NCBI GenBank assembly: GCA_038087875.1 | Contig: CM075999.1 | Location: 1,986,001-2,050,000 of the forward strand | Direction: 5' to 3' | From: Malacoraja senta | Lineage: Eukaryota | DNA length: 64,000 nt | Shown here: piece by piece, positions 37,081 through 49,646 of the stretch | Position numbering within the stretch: the first letter of the stretch is position 1 | Layout of the letters: every line of letters starts with the position of its first letter | Made by a program: the position numbers and the translations under genes | Notes under the pieces: generated by a model | The model's database searches: none | The model's input: the letters and a program-made list of their open reading frames with translations, nothing else | Told to the model about the DNA's origin: nothing

Positions 37081-39528
37081 ACTTCTTCCCACCCTGCTTC
37101 CTGCAAAGACTCTATCCCCTACTCCCAATTCCTCCATCTCTGCCGCATCTGCGCCCAAGATGAGGTTTTCCGTACCAGGCTACCCGAGATATCCTCATTC
37201 TTTACGGACCGGGGGCTCCCCTCTTCTATCTTAGACTAGGCTTTCACTGTGGTCTCCACGATATCCCACAGCTCCACCCTTGCTCCCCCTCCCCCCATTC
37301 GCAACAGTCCCACCTTTCATCCCATCAGCCGTCGCATACAGCACATAATCCTCCAACATTTCCGCCACCTCCAATGGGATCCCATCACAGGCCACATCTT
37401 CCCAACTCTACCCCTTTCCCCCTTCCGCAGAGACCGTTCCCTCCGCAACTCCCTGGTCAACTCGTCCCTTCCCACCCAAACCAGGCACGGAAATCGCTAT
37501 CTAAACACGGGAGGGACCGGGGACACAATTTCTTGGCGGCCGCGCGCGCATCCGCACACTCACACACACACGCGCGCGAGGCTTCGGAAGCTTCAGCCGT
37601 GGGCCCTGTGGACGGTAATTAGTGACGGGTGCCGAAAAAATCGCGTAAGTGGGACAGGGACAGGCCCTTTTAATTTCCCATGGTCTTCAGCTCCCCGCTA
37701 GTCGAGATGCCGGTGCTTTGTGATAAAAGCATTGTAGCTTTTTCCTAAGGTGGATTTCCTTCTGAAACGTAGCAAATTGTATTGATCTGGATTGACTCCA
37801 GGTGGCTATTTTATTTCAAGAGTTAAAACGTAATGGCAAGTATTATAAATGGCAGATATAAAAGAAAGCTAACAAACCAATGAAGAAACCATCATTGTTG
37901 GTGTAATTTTCAGTAGCTCTCATCACCAGTTTGTCCTCTGGTTTAGTTGTGAACAGGTGTGTTGTTGTCTTGTGGATCGCTGAAAGAAATTACCTGTAAA
38001 ATTGAATGTGATTATTAACAATCGAGACCAGCTTTTATAAAGTGTGAGTTGGACATTATTATATTCATACCATTCAGTTTCTGGAAAGTTAGTTTGCCAC
38101 CAGTGTCGTGGAATCATACGGAGAAAAATCATGGGTGACGTTTCTGGTCGGGACCCTGCTTCAGACTTCAACCACTCGAGCTGCGGCCTCACAGCGCCAG
38201 AGACCCGGGTTCAATCCTGACTTTGGGTGGCATCTGTGTGGAGTTTGCCCATTCTCCCTCTGACCATGTAGGTTTCCTCCTGTTCGAACAAGGGTCCCGA
38301 CCCGACCCATCCTTTAACTCCAGAGAAGCTGCCTGACCACCTGAGTTACTACAGCACTTTGTGTCTATCTTTGGTATATACCAGCACCTGCAGTTCCTTC
38401 CTGCACACTCGTAGAATGGTTGTAACACTGAATGAGGCCATTCAACAAGTGGAGTCTACGAAGATTGCAAGGAAGGCAAATGTAAGTGGGCAGCATAGTG
38501 GTCTAATTCTTTTCAGAGTCTGAGCTAGCTGACCATGCATGTGGTCGCGACTCCACAGCGCGCAGTCGGATGGGAACTGATTGCAAAATACATGTTTCAC
38601 AAAACATGGGGGGGGGGGTCGTCCCCCACCTCTGAAAACATGGAGGGAACCCGCCTCCCCCGTTCCCCCCCCCCGGGATTTCCGCCCCCTGACAAACCAC
38701 CCCCTCCCCAGGTACTTTCGCCTGCAACCGCAGAAGATGCAACACCTGTCACTACACCTCCTCCCTCTACTCTGTCCAGGGACCTTATGCCCCTGTCCCA
38801 CTTAGGAAACCTGAACGGATACCTCTGGAGACTTTGCGCCCCACCAAAGGTTTCCGTGCGGTTCCCGGAGGTTCCCGGAGGTTTTTGTCAGTCTCCCTAA
38901 TGGTCGAAAGTGGTTTCCACTTCTTCTATGTTCCGGCCGCGACTAAAAATAGGTTGCCGTTTTAAAAATCGGTAATTTTTTAGTTGAAGCTGGTTGCGAT
39001 GCTAGTTGAAGGTGGTTGCCGGAGGTTGCAGGTAGTGGACGGTAAGACCTCCCTGGTGGAATAAAACTGGGTGAAAAAAAGGTCTTACCTCCGGGAACCG
39101 CACGGAAACCCTGGGTGGGGACGCAAAGTCTCCAGAGGTTTCCGTTCAGGTTTCCTAAGTGGGACAGGGGCATAAAACAGTCCTTTCAGGTGAGGCAGAG
39201 GTTCACTTGCACCTCCTCCAACCTCGTCTGCTGTATCAAAAGGTCATAAGTGATAGGAGCAGAATTAGGCCATTCGGCCCAACAAGTCTACTCCACCATT
39301 CAAGCGCGGCTGATCTATCTCTCCCTCCTATCCCCATTCTCCTGCCCTCTGTTGTGGACTCCTATATCTCGGCGAGGCCAAGCGCAGACTGGGCGATCGA
39401 TTCGCTGAACACCTTCACTCATTCTGCCTGGGCCTACGCGATCTCCTGGTTGCCAAACACTTTTAACTCCCCCTACCATCCCTACACCGACCTCTCTGTC
39501 CTGAGCCTCCACCATTGTCAGAGTGAGT
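37081..39528 (+). mobile_element. Fragmented Penelope-like retroelement (Neptune-like) ORF remnants at 37081-37482, 38707-38784, 39176-39238 and 39349-39528, split by later insertions
   Basis: In order: SSHPASCKDSIPYSQFLHLCRIC; TFHP...HIILQHFRHLQWDP...FRRDRSLRNSLV; PGTFACNRRRCNTC (Cys cluster); SFQVRQRFTCTSSNLV; CGLLYLGEAKRRLGDRFAEHL (GIY-YIG second motif). This is the linker plus GIY-YIG architecture of PLEs. Confidence 0.85.
38788..39172. mobile_element. Harbinger-type MITE with TIRs of about 85 bp, inserted in the Penelope ORF
   Basis: TGCCCCTGTCCCACTTAGGAAACCTGAACGGA... and its reverse complement; flanks TTA and TAA. Confidence 0.88.
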
Positions 39529-40010
39529 AGCGACATGTCGCGGGGTGACGCCTGTATGGTGGTGAGTAGTCGCCCAAAGATTCGTACCTTTTTCTGGTCG
39601 CCACTGGATTTTCAACATGTTGAAATTTTTCAGCCACCCGCTGCGACTATGACGGGTGCAGGCAAGTCGCCGATAAAAATCACGTAAGTGGGACAGGCCC
39701 TTTATGCCAGCAGCATGAATAATCAGCCAAGCAGCGAAGAATTCTCACAGACATCAAGCAGGATAAAGCACTAAATGTATTTAATTGTTCAAATGTTTTA
39801 CAGAAATTAAAGAAAGATTGGATAAAAGTTGAAACTAAAATACTGTAAAATTAACTTTAAAAAAATAACTTCTATTGTTTTTAACAAGTTTTCAAACTTT
39901 CAATACCAAACCACAAATATTAATAAAGTCACAAATCGCAGGTGTAACTCAGCAGGTCAGGCAGCAACTCTGGAGAACATGGACAGGTGTTTTTTTGTGT
40001 TAGGCTTTGT

Positions 40011-40450
40011 CCATAGAAACATAGAAAATAGGTGCAGGTGTAGGCCATTCGGCCCTTCGAGCCAGCACCGCCATTCAATATGATTATGGCTGATCATCCA
40101 AAATCAGTTCCCCGTTCCTGCTTTCTCCCCATATCCCTTGATTCCATTAGCCTTAAGAGCTCTATCTAACTCTCTCTTGAATACATCCAGTGAATTGGCC
40201 TCCACCGCCTTCTGTGGCAGAGAATTCCACAGATTCACAACTCTCTGGGTGAAAATGCTTTTCCTCATCTCAGTCCTAAATGGCCTACCCCTTATCCTTA
40301 AACTATGACCCCTGGTTCTGGACTCCCCCAACATCGAGAAAAATGTTCCTGCATTTAGCCTGTCCAATCCCTTAAGTATTTTATATGTTTCTATAAGATA
40401 TCCTCTCATCCTTCTAGATTCCAGTGAATACAACAAACCCAGTCGATCCC
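40011..40450 (-). mobile_element. CR1 LINE 3' fragment
   Basis: LYSLESRRMRGYLIETYKILKGLD...WNSLP plus 3' UTR. Confidence 0.88.
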
Positions 40451-42429
40451 ACTTCTTTTCTAGCTTGCTATCCCCTACTATAATCAGTCCGAAGAGGGGT
40501 CCCGACCCAAAACATCGCCTATCCATGTTCTGCAGAGATGCTGCCTGACCCAGATGAGTTAATGACAGAGAATTACAGAGAGTCACTGAATTACAAAATG
40601 CTGATATATCCCCTGACTGGGTGAGTGCTAAAGATAGGTGACGTGGGTTATTGGATAAGCAGAGTACAGCATTACATCTTGGCAAAAGACAGCATGTCAC
40701 CATCTAAAGCTACACTTTCAAGTTTAATCACACGTAGGCTTGAGGTGAGGGGGGAAGATTTAATAGGAATCTGAGGGATAACTTCTTTTCACACAAAGGT
40801 GTATGGAACGAGCTGCCGGAGGAGGTAGTAGAGGCAGGCACTATCACAACGTTTAAGAAACATTTCGACAGGTACATGGAGAGGACAGGTTTAGAGGGAC
40901 ATGGGCCAAATGCAGGCAGGTGGGGCATGTTGGTCAGTGTGGGCAAGTTGGACCAAAAGGGCCTGTTTCTACGATCTGTGACTCTATCTGCAGTCTGAAG
41001 CCCCAAAACATCGCCTGTCCATTCCCTCCACAGATGCTGCCTGACCCGCAGAGTTCCTCCAGCACTTTGCGTTTTGCTCAGGACTTCAGCATCTGCGGTT
41101 ATTTATCTCTCACGTCTATCAAAAGTTGCTGCAACTTTGCAAAAGGTGCAATGGCGAGATCTTAACTGGTGAGCTGTAATGTTTGGTAATTAGCTCTGCA
41201 AATGGTTAGCTCTACCACAAACGCTGCTGTCTAAAAGTCACAAATAAAACAGATACATCTGATTATTTTGTAGAAAAGCACTATAAAAAACAAGCAATAT
41301 AAGCAATTATTATCTTTAAGAAAGAACTGCAGATGCTGGTAAATCGAAGGTAGACACAAAATGCTGGAGTAACTCAGCGGGTGAGGCAGCATCTATGGAG
41401 AGAAGGAATTGGCGACGTTTCGGGTCGAGACCGTTCTTCAGGCTGGCTATCGTGGTTTTGTGTCTATCTTCGGTTTAAACCAGCATTTGTCGTTCCTTCT
41501 TACGCTTTATATCACTGGAGAGAGGCAAGGGTTCAACCCTTCTGCTTCTAGCTTTCGCATCTCCCTCCTACACATTCCAGTCTCAACGCAGGTTAAACAA
41601 TGTTCTCAAAACCTATCTTTCACATCATCTAATTTGGTCCTTACTTCTTCAGATCAGAGCTGCGAATTTAACACCGTGCAAGTTACGTTATACTTGACAT
41701 GGTGTCCGAATATCCAAAGACCAGTGGAAAACATAAACTGTTATCATTCATTCAAACAGAACATCACACCATGGAACCGGGGTCAAGGGAAGGGCGTTCA
41801 CGTCGCGGCCCCTGTTTCCACCGATCTTTCCACCATCACCGCACACAAGAAGCAACAAGACAGACACCATTGGGTGCAGATGCCGAGATGTACGTTCAGC
41901 TCTGGCTGAACAACTTCTAATCTTGTCTGTGGACTCGACAAGAAGGAGAGGACCATGGAACTGAAAGTGCACCATGAAAGATGTTGTTGCCACACTCACC
42001 AACTTGGTAATACTAAGACTGGATTGGAAACGTTTACAGGGATATGAGCCAAACGTGGGCAGGTTGGACTAGCTTAGATTGTTCATCTTGGTCAGCGTGG
42101 ATGAGGTGGGCCAAGGAAGGGCCTGTTTCCCTGCTGTGTCACTCTGTGACTCGATGACATCCGATTCTGGGCCCATGACAGGTCATCTGAGAGACGCTTA
42201 TCACCCAGGAATTTGAAGCTGCCAACTCTCTCCATAGCCTACCCTCCCAGTGAAAACTGACAGACACAGGGAACTGCAGATGCAGGAATCTTGTCCACAA
42301 CACTAAAGTGCTGGAGTAACTCATTGGGTCAGGCAGCATCTCTGGAGACCCATGGATGGGTGACGTTTTGGGTCGGGCCGTTTTTTCTTCAGACTGATTG
42401 GAGTGGAGGGGGTCCTTTGGACATTTAAC

Positions 42430-42690
42430 TCTAGGCTTTCGAGATACGGCGCGGAAACAGGCCCTTCGGCCCACCGAGTCCGTGCCGACCGGTGACCACC
42501 CTGTGAACTAGCACTATCCTACACATTAGGGACAATTTATAGAAGCCAATTAACCTACAAGCCTGTACGCCTTTGGAGTGTGCGAGGAAACCAGAGGGCC
42601 CGGAGAACTCCGTAGAGACAGTGCCCGTGGTCAGGATCGAACCCGGGTCTCTGGCGCTGAGAGGCAGCAATTCTACCATGATGCCCTCCC
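42430..42690 (-). mobile_element. V-SINE
   Basis: Match to the other copies. Confidence 0.78.
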
Positions 42691-43440
42691 TTCCAGGGTT
42701 CTCTCTGCAGGGGGTCCTCTCTCCTAGCTTACCCCCCCCCCCCCATCAATCTGAAGTAGGGTCATGACCCAAAATGTCACCTCTCCATGTTCTCGGGAAT
42801 GTTGGATAGGACATGTTTGGAGGGATATGGGCCAAACGCAGGCAGGTGGGACTAGTGTAGATGGGACATGTTGGCCAGTATTGGGCTGAAGGGCCTGTTT
42901 CCTCGATGTAAGAATCTACAACTCTATGGCTCCATGCTGCCTGACCCACTGAGTTACTTCAGAATTTGTGTCTGTTTTTTTATGTTAACCAGCATCTGCA
43001 GTTCCTTGATTCTATGACTCACGTTGGCTCATGTGTATCATTAGTTCATAAGCGATAGGAATGGAATTAGGCCATGGGACCCTTCATGTCGACTTCGCCG
43101 TTCAATCACTGCTGATCCATATTCCCTCTCAATCCCATTCTCCTGCCTGCTTCCTGTGACCCCTGACACCTGACGCCTAAGATAGACCACAAAAAGCTGG
43201 AGTAAACTCATCGGGGCAGGCAGCATCTCCGGAGAGAAGGAATGGGTGATGTTTCGGGTCGAGACCCATCTTCAGACCGTTCATCCCTAAGGAAGGGTCT
43301 CGACCCGAAACGTCACCCATTCCTTCTCTCCAGAGATGCTGCCTGTCCCGCTGAGTTACTCCAGCATTTTGTGTCTATCTTCAGTGTAAATGGGCATCTG
43401 CGGTTCATCCCTACACACCCCGGACACTCCGGTGTCAGAT

Positions 43441-44475
43441 TTATCGCAGGGTGTTGTTTTGTTGACCCATTTCTCCCAGATTTGTGTCAATTAAGGTGAT
43501 GGTGCGTGAGCTCTTCTGAGTGGAAGTCCAGCCCTTCACGCTGCGCTGGAGGAACTTCCTGAACTTCTGCGTGAGGAAGCAGTATATGATGGGGCGAGCA
43601 CGCAGTTCAGGCCCATCAGGCACAGGGTGACCTGGTGGGCAACGTCCACCCTCCGGCGGAACGGGCAGTCGTCCGTCCGCCACAGCTCCAGCACGGTCAG
43701 CGTCCAGGGCCCCTGGACCAGGTGGTGGGGGACGAAGCAGACCAGGAAGACCACTATGACGCTGCACACCAGGCGGAAGGCCTGTCTCCGCACCTTCCAG
43801 CTCTTCTTCGGCTGCACGCCCCGCAAGGACAGCATGCAGAGGATGCGCGCGTTGCAGATGATGACCACCAGGAAGGCCATGAAGAAGGCGCCGATCAGCA
43901 GGAACTGAATGACCGCCACGGGCATGGAATCTTCATTCTTGTAACCCTCGAAGCATCGGGTGGCGTTGCCAACTTTGTTCGTCCCCGGTTGAATCAGGAA
44001 ATTCAAGGCGCTGGCAATGATTATCAGCCAGATGACTGTCGAGATGATACAACCCCGCTTCCTGCCGGACCTCTGGATGGTTTCGATGGGATAGGCCACC
44101 GCACAGTACCGGTTGTAACTGATCACCGCCAGGAACGCAATGGAGCAGTAGGTGTTGATAAAGAATAGACAGCCAGCCAAGCGGCAGGCAAAGTCGGAAA
44201 ATGTCCAGTCCCCCTTCTGAACGTAGTAGACCACCCAAAAGGGAAGGGTCAGGATGAAGAGCAGGTCGGCCACGCTGAGATTCACCATTAAGATCTTGAT
44301 CTCGTTGATGTTGGAGCTGGGAGCCAGATATCTGAAGATATACAGCACGTAGCAGTTCTCCAGGATCCCCAGGATGAAAACCACGGTGTAGATGACGGGG
44401 AAGGAGCACATATCGGAACTCCAAATCCACCTTGCAGCTGTCGTTCCCCGTGGAGTTCTGGTCAAGTGAACTCAT
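43441..44475 (-). CDS. PTAFR: Platelet-activating factor receptor (class A GPCR), single coding exon, interrupted by two 1-bp frameshifts in this sequence
   Basis: Three frames join into about 344 aa: MSSLDQNSTGNDSCKVDLEFRYVL / FPVIYTVVFILG...NEIKILMVNLSVADLLFILTLPFW...AGCLFFINTYCSIAFLAVISYNRY...CFVPHHLVQGPW...AHQVTLCLMGLNCVL / (D)PIIYCFLTQKFRK...*. PAFR-diagnostic segments present: EFRY-LFP, FFINTYCS, NR[YF] in place of DRY, VPHH, AHQVTLCL, DPxxY. Extra base at about 44403, missing base at 43594/43595. An alternative in-frame ATG lies at 44493. Confidence 0.93.
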
Positions 44476-44536
44476 CGCTGACCCAAGCAGCATCCGACTC
44501 TTGCACCGACTGACCTGTACGGGTTTATCTGCAAAC

Positions 44537-44560
44537 CTGCGGAAACAAGAAGGGAAAAAT
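44537..44560 (-). promoter_or_regulatory. Splice acceptor of the PTAFR coding exon
   Basis: Minus strand reads tttttcccttcttgtttccgcag|GTTTG, 61 nt upstream of the ATG at 44475; implies upstream non-coding exon(s). Confidence 0.75.
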
Positions 44561-45159
44561 TGGCAACTTTCAAGAGACACATTAGACGCAAGTCTTAAAC
44601 TTAGTTTAACTTAGTTGAGTTGAGTTGAGGAGTTTAATTTAGTTTAGTTTAGATTAGTTTATTGTCACGTGGACCGAGATAGAGTGAAAAGCTTTTTTGT
44701 TGCATCCTATCCAGTCAACGGAAAGACTACACATGATTACATATTCGAGCCGTCCACAGTGTACACATACAGAAGGGAATTATGCTCAATGCAAGACAAA
44801 GTCCAATATAGTCTGATTGAAGATAGTCTGAGGGTCTACTATGAGGTAGTCGCAAATCTCACCACCTCTTAGCATGGAAACAGGCCCTTCGGGCCAACTT
44901 GCCCACGCCGACCAACATGCCTCAACTACACTAGTCCCACCTGCCCATGCTTGCCTCAGAACCCTCTAAACCTGTCCCATCCATGAACCTGTCCAAATGT
45001 CTCTTAAATGTTCTGATAGTACCTGCAATATATTATATATATTTATATATATATATCTATACTGTATATATACTGTCTCGACCCGGAAATCACCCATTCC
45101 TTCTCTCCACAGATGCTGCCTGTCCAGCTGAGTTACTCCAGCATTTTGTGTCTAATTTC

Positions 45160-45191
<32 letters not shown>

Positions 45192-45266
45192 TACATATAC
45201 ATACACACATATATATATACATACATATACATACATATATACATACATACATATACACACACACAC
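45160..45266. repeat. Compound (TA)/(CA)/(TACA) microsatellite
   Basis: Directly visible. Confidence 0.9.
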
Positions 45267-45371
45267 GGAACTTTGTTTTCTCATTTATTTTAACGTTTAC
45301 ATATACTATTGTGTTGCTGCAAGTCAGAATTTCATTGTTGTATTTGGAACACACGACAACAAAACTCTCTC

Positions 45372-45810
45372 TTTTTTTTCTTTTTTTTTAAATTAGAAGT
45401 AAGTACAATTGTATACAATCATATTTTCATAATACATTTTATGTACAGCATCTTATTTTTTTAAATTTTGTAATAAAGAAGAAAAAGAAAAAGAAGTTAG
45501 ATAATGAAGACTAGAAAAATGTGAGAAATATAGTGTGTGGAAAAGAAAAATAAGAGAGTGAAAGAAGAAAGTTAAGAAATAGAAAATAGAAGAAAAAGAG
45601 TAAAAGAAGAAAAGAGAAGAAAAAGAAAAGAGAAGTAAGGAGATCGTATTTATAACATGACCATTCCTCACCCAGTCCACGGATTAGCTTTTACACTTGT
45701 GTTGCACCATACGTTTCCAAAAGACGACAAATGGAGACCAACTCGTTATGAATTGGTCAAATTTATCTATTAGGAGGAATCGCATTTCCTCAAAATGTGC
45801 GGTTTCCCAG
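45372..45810 (-). mobile_element. L1/Tx1-type LINE 3' end
   Basis: Poly(A) tail with T-rich UTR; C-terminal ETAHFEEMRFLLIDKFDQFITSWSPF. Confidence 0.7.
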
Positions 45811-46469
45811 TAAACTCTCTTGACTATAATAATGATGAAAACTGAACACAACCCTCTAATCTCCCAGGCATTTTACATCTTGTACAAGTGTAACCATAAC
45901 ATCGCAACTTTGATATTCAGTGTCCTGGCTGATGAAGGCCAATGTACCGAAAGCCTTCTTGACCACCCTGTCTACCTGTGACGCCATTATCAGTCCGGCA
46001 TTCCTGGATGTCTCTGTTCAACAACACTCCCAGCACCCTGCCCGTTCACTGTCCATCCTCAGGTTCCTTGCTTTGCTTTCTATGACTGATTTCTGCTTCG
46101 TGAAACGTCTAATTTCTCAACCTTAAAATCACACCGTAATTGTGGTATTGCAACATAACTATGGTGGGGGGGTGGGGGGGGGGGTTCGACTGCAAGTTCT
46201 GTGGAAACGGAAACGAGACATTGCAGATTGTCTGAAGCATGCAGGTGACTCAACGCAGTGAGTCAGGTAGATTGGAAATTGCTGCCTTGATCTGACACGA
46301 TACAAGGAGAACTGTCTAGGAAGGAACTGCAGGTGCTGGTTTAAACCGAAGATAGACACAAAAAGCTGGAGTGACTCAGCGGGACAGGCAGCGTCTCTGG
46401 AGAGAAGGAATGGGTGACGTTTCGGGTCGAGACGTCTGTCTGAAGAAGTCACCCATGCCTTTCAGTTTT

Positions 46470-46760
46470 TAATTTAGAGATACAGCGGGCAAACAGGCCA
46501 TTCGGCCCACCAAGTCCGCACCGACCAACGATCCCCGCACATTAACACTATCCTACACACACTGGGGACATTATACACTCGTACGAAGCCAATTAACCTA
46601 CATACCTGCACGTCTTCGGATTGTGGGAGGAAACCGAAGATCTCGGTGAAATACCGACGCGGGTCAGGGGGAGAAGGTGCAAACTCCGTACAGACAGCAC
46701 CCGTAGTCGGGATCGAACCCGGGTCTCCGGCGCCGGAAATGCTGTAAGGCAGCAACTCTC
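46470..46760 (-). mobile_element. V-SINE
   Basis: Match to the other copies. Confidence 0.78.
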
Positions 46761-46789
46761 CCTTCTCTCCAGAGATGCTGCCTGAGCTA

Positions 46790-47067
46790 AGGGCCTGTCC
46801 CACTTTCCCGAGTTACTCACGAATTCTCCCGGGTTTTCCCCTTGATTCGAACTCGGAGAATGTCCGTAGCGAGGCCGTAGGAGTACGTGGATATATCGCA
46901 GCGGCTCGTAACGACCGCCGTAGGTACTCGGGATCAGGTAAGTCGGGACAAAAAATGTCCACTGTAAAAAGAAAGTCGGGAGGAGGAGTTCGTAGATCAC
47001 TAAATCTGTTGGTTTTTTTAAGGTCCTTTCAACTTGGCAGAGGACCGGGAAGGTGGGACAGGCGCCT
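46790..47067. mobile_element. Harbinger-type MITE
   Basis: AGGGCCTGTCCCAC...GTGGGACAGGCGCCT followed by TAA. Confidence 0.72.
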
Positions 47068-48882
47068 TAATCCAACATTGTGCGTCTATCACCTATGAGG
47101 AGAATTAACTCATCCTGACCAACCCACACAACACAAGAAGTTAACTTGTGCCTTTCCTGTCACTACTTGCTCTTGGGTAAATGAAAGAAGGAATGTATAT
47201 TTCTGTTATTCCATGAGTCACTCAGAGTCCGTGACAGCCAGCACTCCCCGTACACCAGCACTATCCCCACACACACTAGGGACAATCTACAATTTACAGA
47301 AGCCAATTTTGCTACAGACCTGTACGTCTTTGAGTGTGGGAAGAAACCTGAGCACCTGGAGAAAACCACGTGGTCACGGAGAGAAGGTAAAAAAACTTTG
47401 TGCGACAGCACCCGTAGTAAGGATCGAACCCGGGTCTCTGGCGCTGTGAGGCAGCAACTCTACCGCTGTGCCACCGTGCCGGTAGATGGGGTGATCAAGA
47501 AGGCTTTTGACACATTGGCCTTCATCAGTCAGGGGTACTGAATATAGAATGTGCAGGAAGGAACTGCAGACGCTGGTTTAAACCGAAGATAGACACACAA
47601 AAAAAAAGCTGGAGTGACTCAGCGGGACAGGCAGCATCTATGGAGAGAAGGAATGGGTGACATTTTGGGTCGAGACCCTACTTCAGAGTCTGAAGAAGCG
47701 TCTCGACCCGAAACGTCACCCGTGCCTTCTCTCCGGAGATGCTGCCTGTCCCGCTGAGTTACTCCAGCGTTTTGTGTCTATTTGAAATAGAGAAGTTGGG
47801 GTGTAATGTTCTAGTTGTACGACTCATTGGTGAGGCCGTGTTTGAAGCACTGTGTTCAGTTTTGATCACCCTGCTATAAGAAGGATGTCATTAAGCTGGA
47901 ATAAGTGCAGAGAAGATTTACGAGGATGTTGCCAGCTCTCGTGGGCCTGAGCTACAGGGAGAGGTTTGGACAGGTTGGGACTCTATTCCCTGGAGCGCAG
48001 GAGGATGAGGGGTGATCTTATAGAGGTGTATAAAATCATGGATGCACACACAGCCTTGTATCCAGAGTAGGGCAATCAGGAAGCAGTGGACATTGGTCTA
48101 ATGTGAGAGGGGAAAGATTTAATAGGGACCCAATGGGCATATTTCAACATAGGGTGGTGGGTGTAGGGAATGAGCTGCCAGAGGAGGTATTATAACAGCA
48201 TTTAAAAGACATTTGGACAGGTATGTGGATAGGAAAGGTTGAAAAGGATATAGGCCAAAACATGGGCAGGTGGTACCAGTGCAGGTAAGTCATATGTCAT
48301 AAGGTCATAAGTGATCTGAGTAGAATTAGGCCATTCGGCCCATCAAGTCTACTCCGCCATTCACCATTCAATCATGGCTGATGTATCTCTCCCTCCTAAC
48401 TCCATTCTCCTGCCTTCTCCCAATAACCTCTGACGCCCGTACTAATCAAGAATCTATCTATCTCTGCCTTACAAATATCCATTGACTTGGCCTCTACAGC
48501 TGTCTGTGGCAGAGAATTCCACAGATTCACCACCCTCTGACTAAAGAAACGTCTCCTCGTCTCCTTCCTAAAAGAACATATTTTTTGGTCGGCATGGGCA
48601 AGATGGGCTGAAGGGCCTGTTTGTCGCTGTGTGACGAACGCCAAGTCAGTGGAAGCTGTTGCGCTGAGTTCTTCTTAATGTCGCCACTGGGCGCGGACAA
48701 AGCACAGCCCCTAATGCACTTCCTCCTTCATCACCAAACCACTGGCTACAGAGAACTGGAGCCAACTGAACCTCAGGAAGGGAAGTTGGCCTGCCAGCAT
48801 GGAAGATTGACCACCAGAATGGGGAAGTCTCTGTACAGACCTCTCCGTCAACAGCATTGAACCTGGGTTTCCTGCGATCTCA

Positions 48883-49646
48883 CGGTCCCGTCCCACGGTA
48901 CGAGTTCATTCCAAGAGCTCTTAAAGATAGCGGAGTCAGGGGATATGGGGAGAGGCAGGAACGGGGTACTGATTGGGGATGATCAGCCATGATCACATTG
49001 AATGGCGATGCTGGCTCGAAGGGCCAAATGGCCTACTCCTGCACCTATTGCCTATTGTCTATTGTCTAAGAGCTCTCCCGAGTTTGCCCTGATTAGAACT
49101 CGGAGATTGATGGTAATGGCCGCTCGTCGGTACTCGGGGCTCTCGTGGACATTTTCCAACATGTTGAAAAATCTTCACGAGTCTTCCCGAGCTTTACCTG
49201 CCGTTCGCGTTACTTTCAAACACGGCTAAGAGACGTCCCCGAACTCCGACGTACCCGCTACGATCATTCTCCGTGCTTCCACGAGATTGATTTTTTTTAA
49301 AACTCGGAGAGCTCTTTTTTTTTTTTTTTAATCAAAAAATTTATTTAATTATTAAAAAATAATATTGACACTACAATAAAACAAGCCGGAACCCACCGCC
49401 ATACTACAATACAAACATATATCCATAATAAACTACAATACAAACTATGATACAATCCTTATTGAGGATACATTCAACACCTTGCGGAGCCCAGCGGTCC
49501 CGGAACTCCCTCACAGGTGCCCATGGACAGGGTGTATTCCCTTTCCAACCGCACCCGGGCACGGACGTATCCCCGGAAAAGGGGCAGGCAGCCGGCTCAG
49601 GTACGGGAGAGCTCTTGGAATGAACTCATACCTTGGGACAGGGCCA
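48883..49646. mobile_element. Harbinger-type MITE (same family as 55167) carrying nested CR1-tail and Tx1 insertions
   Basis: Internal sequence matches 55190-55440; right TIR ...TGGGACAGGGCCA followed by TAA. Confidence 0.8.
49316..49604 (-). mobile_element. Tx1-like LINE 3' end
   Basis: Poly(A) tail; GCLPLFRGYVRARVRLEREY.../EFRDRW C-terminus; ggagagctctt direct repeats. Confidence 0.7.

Noticed and set aside
43627..44168. Plus-strand ORFs overlapping PTAFR
   Set aside because: Antisense shadows of a GC-rich coding exon with no recognisable domain.
43536..44465. The 309-aa ORF taken at face value as the receptor
   Set aside because: Its N-terminus (MTRTPRG...) and C-terminus (APSYTASS...) are out-of-frame products of the two indels; the true termini lie in a neighbouring frame.
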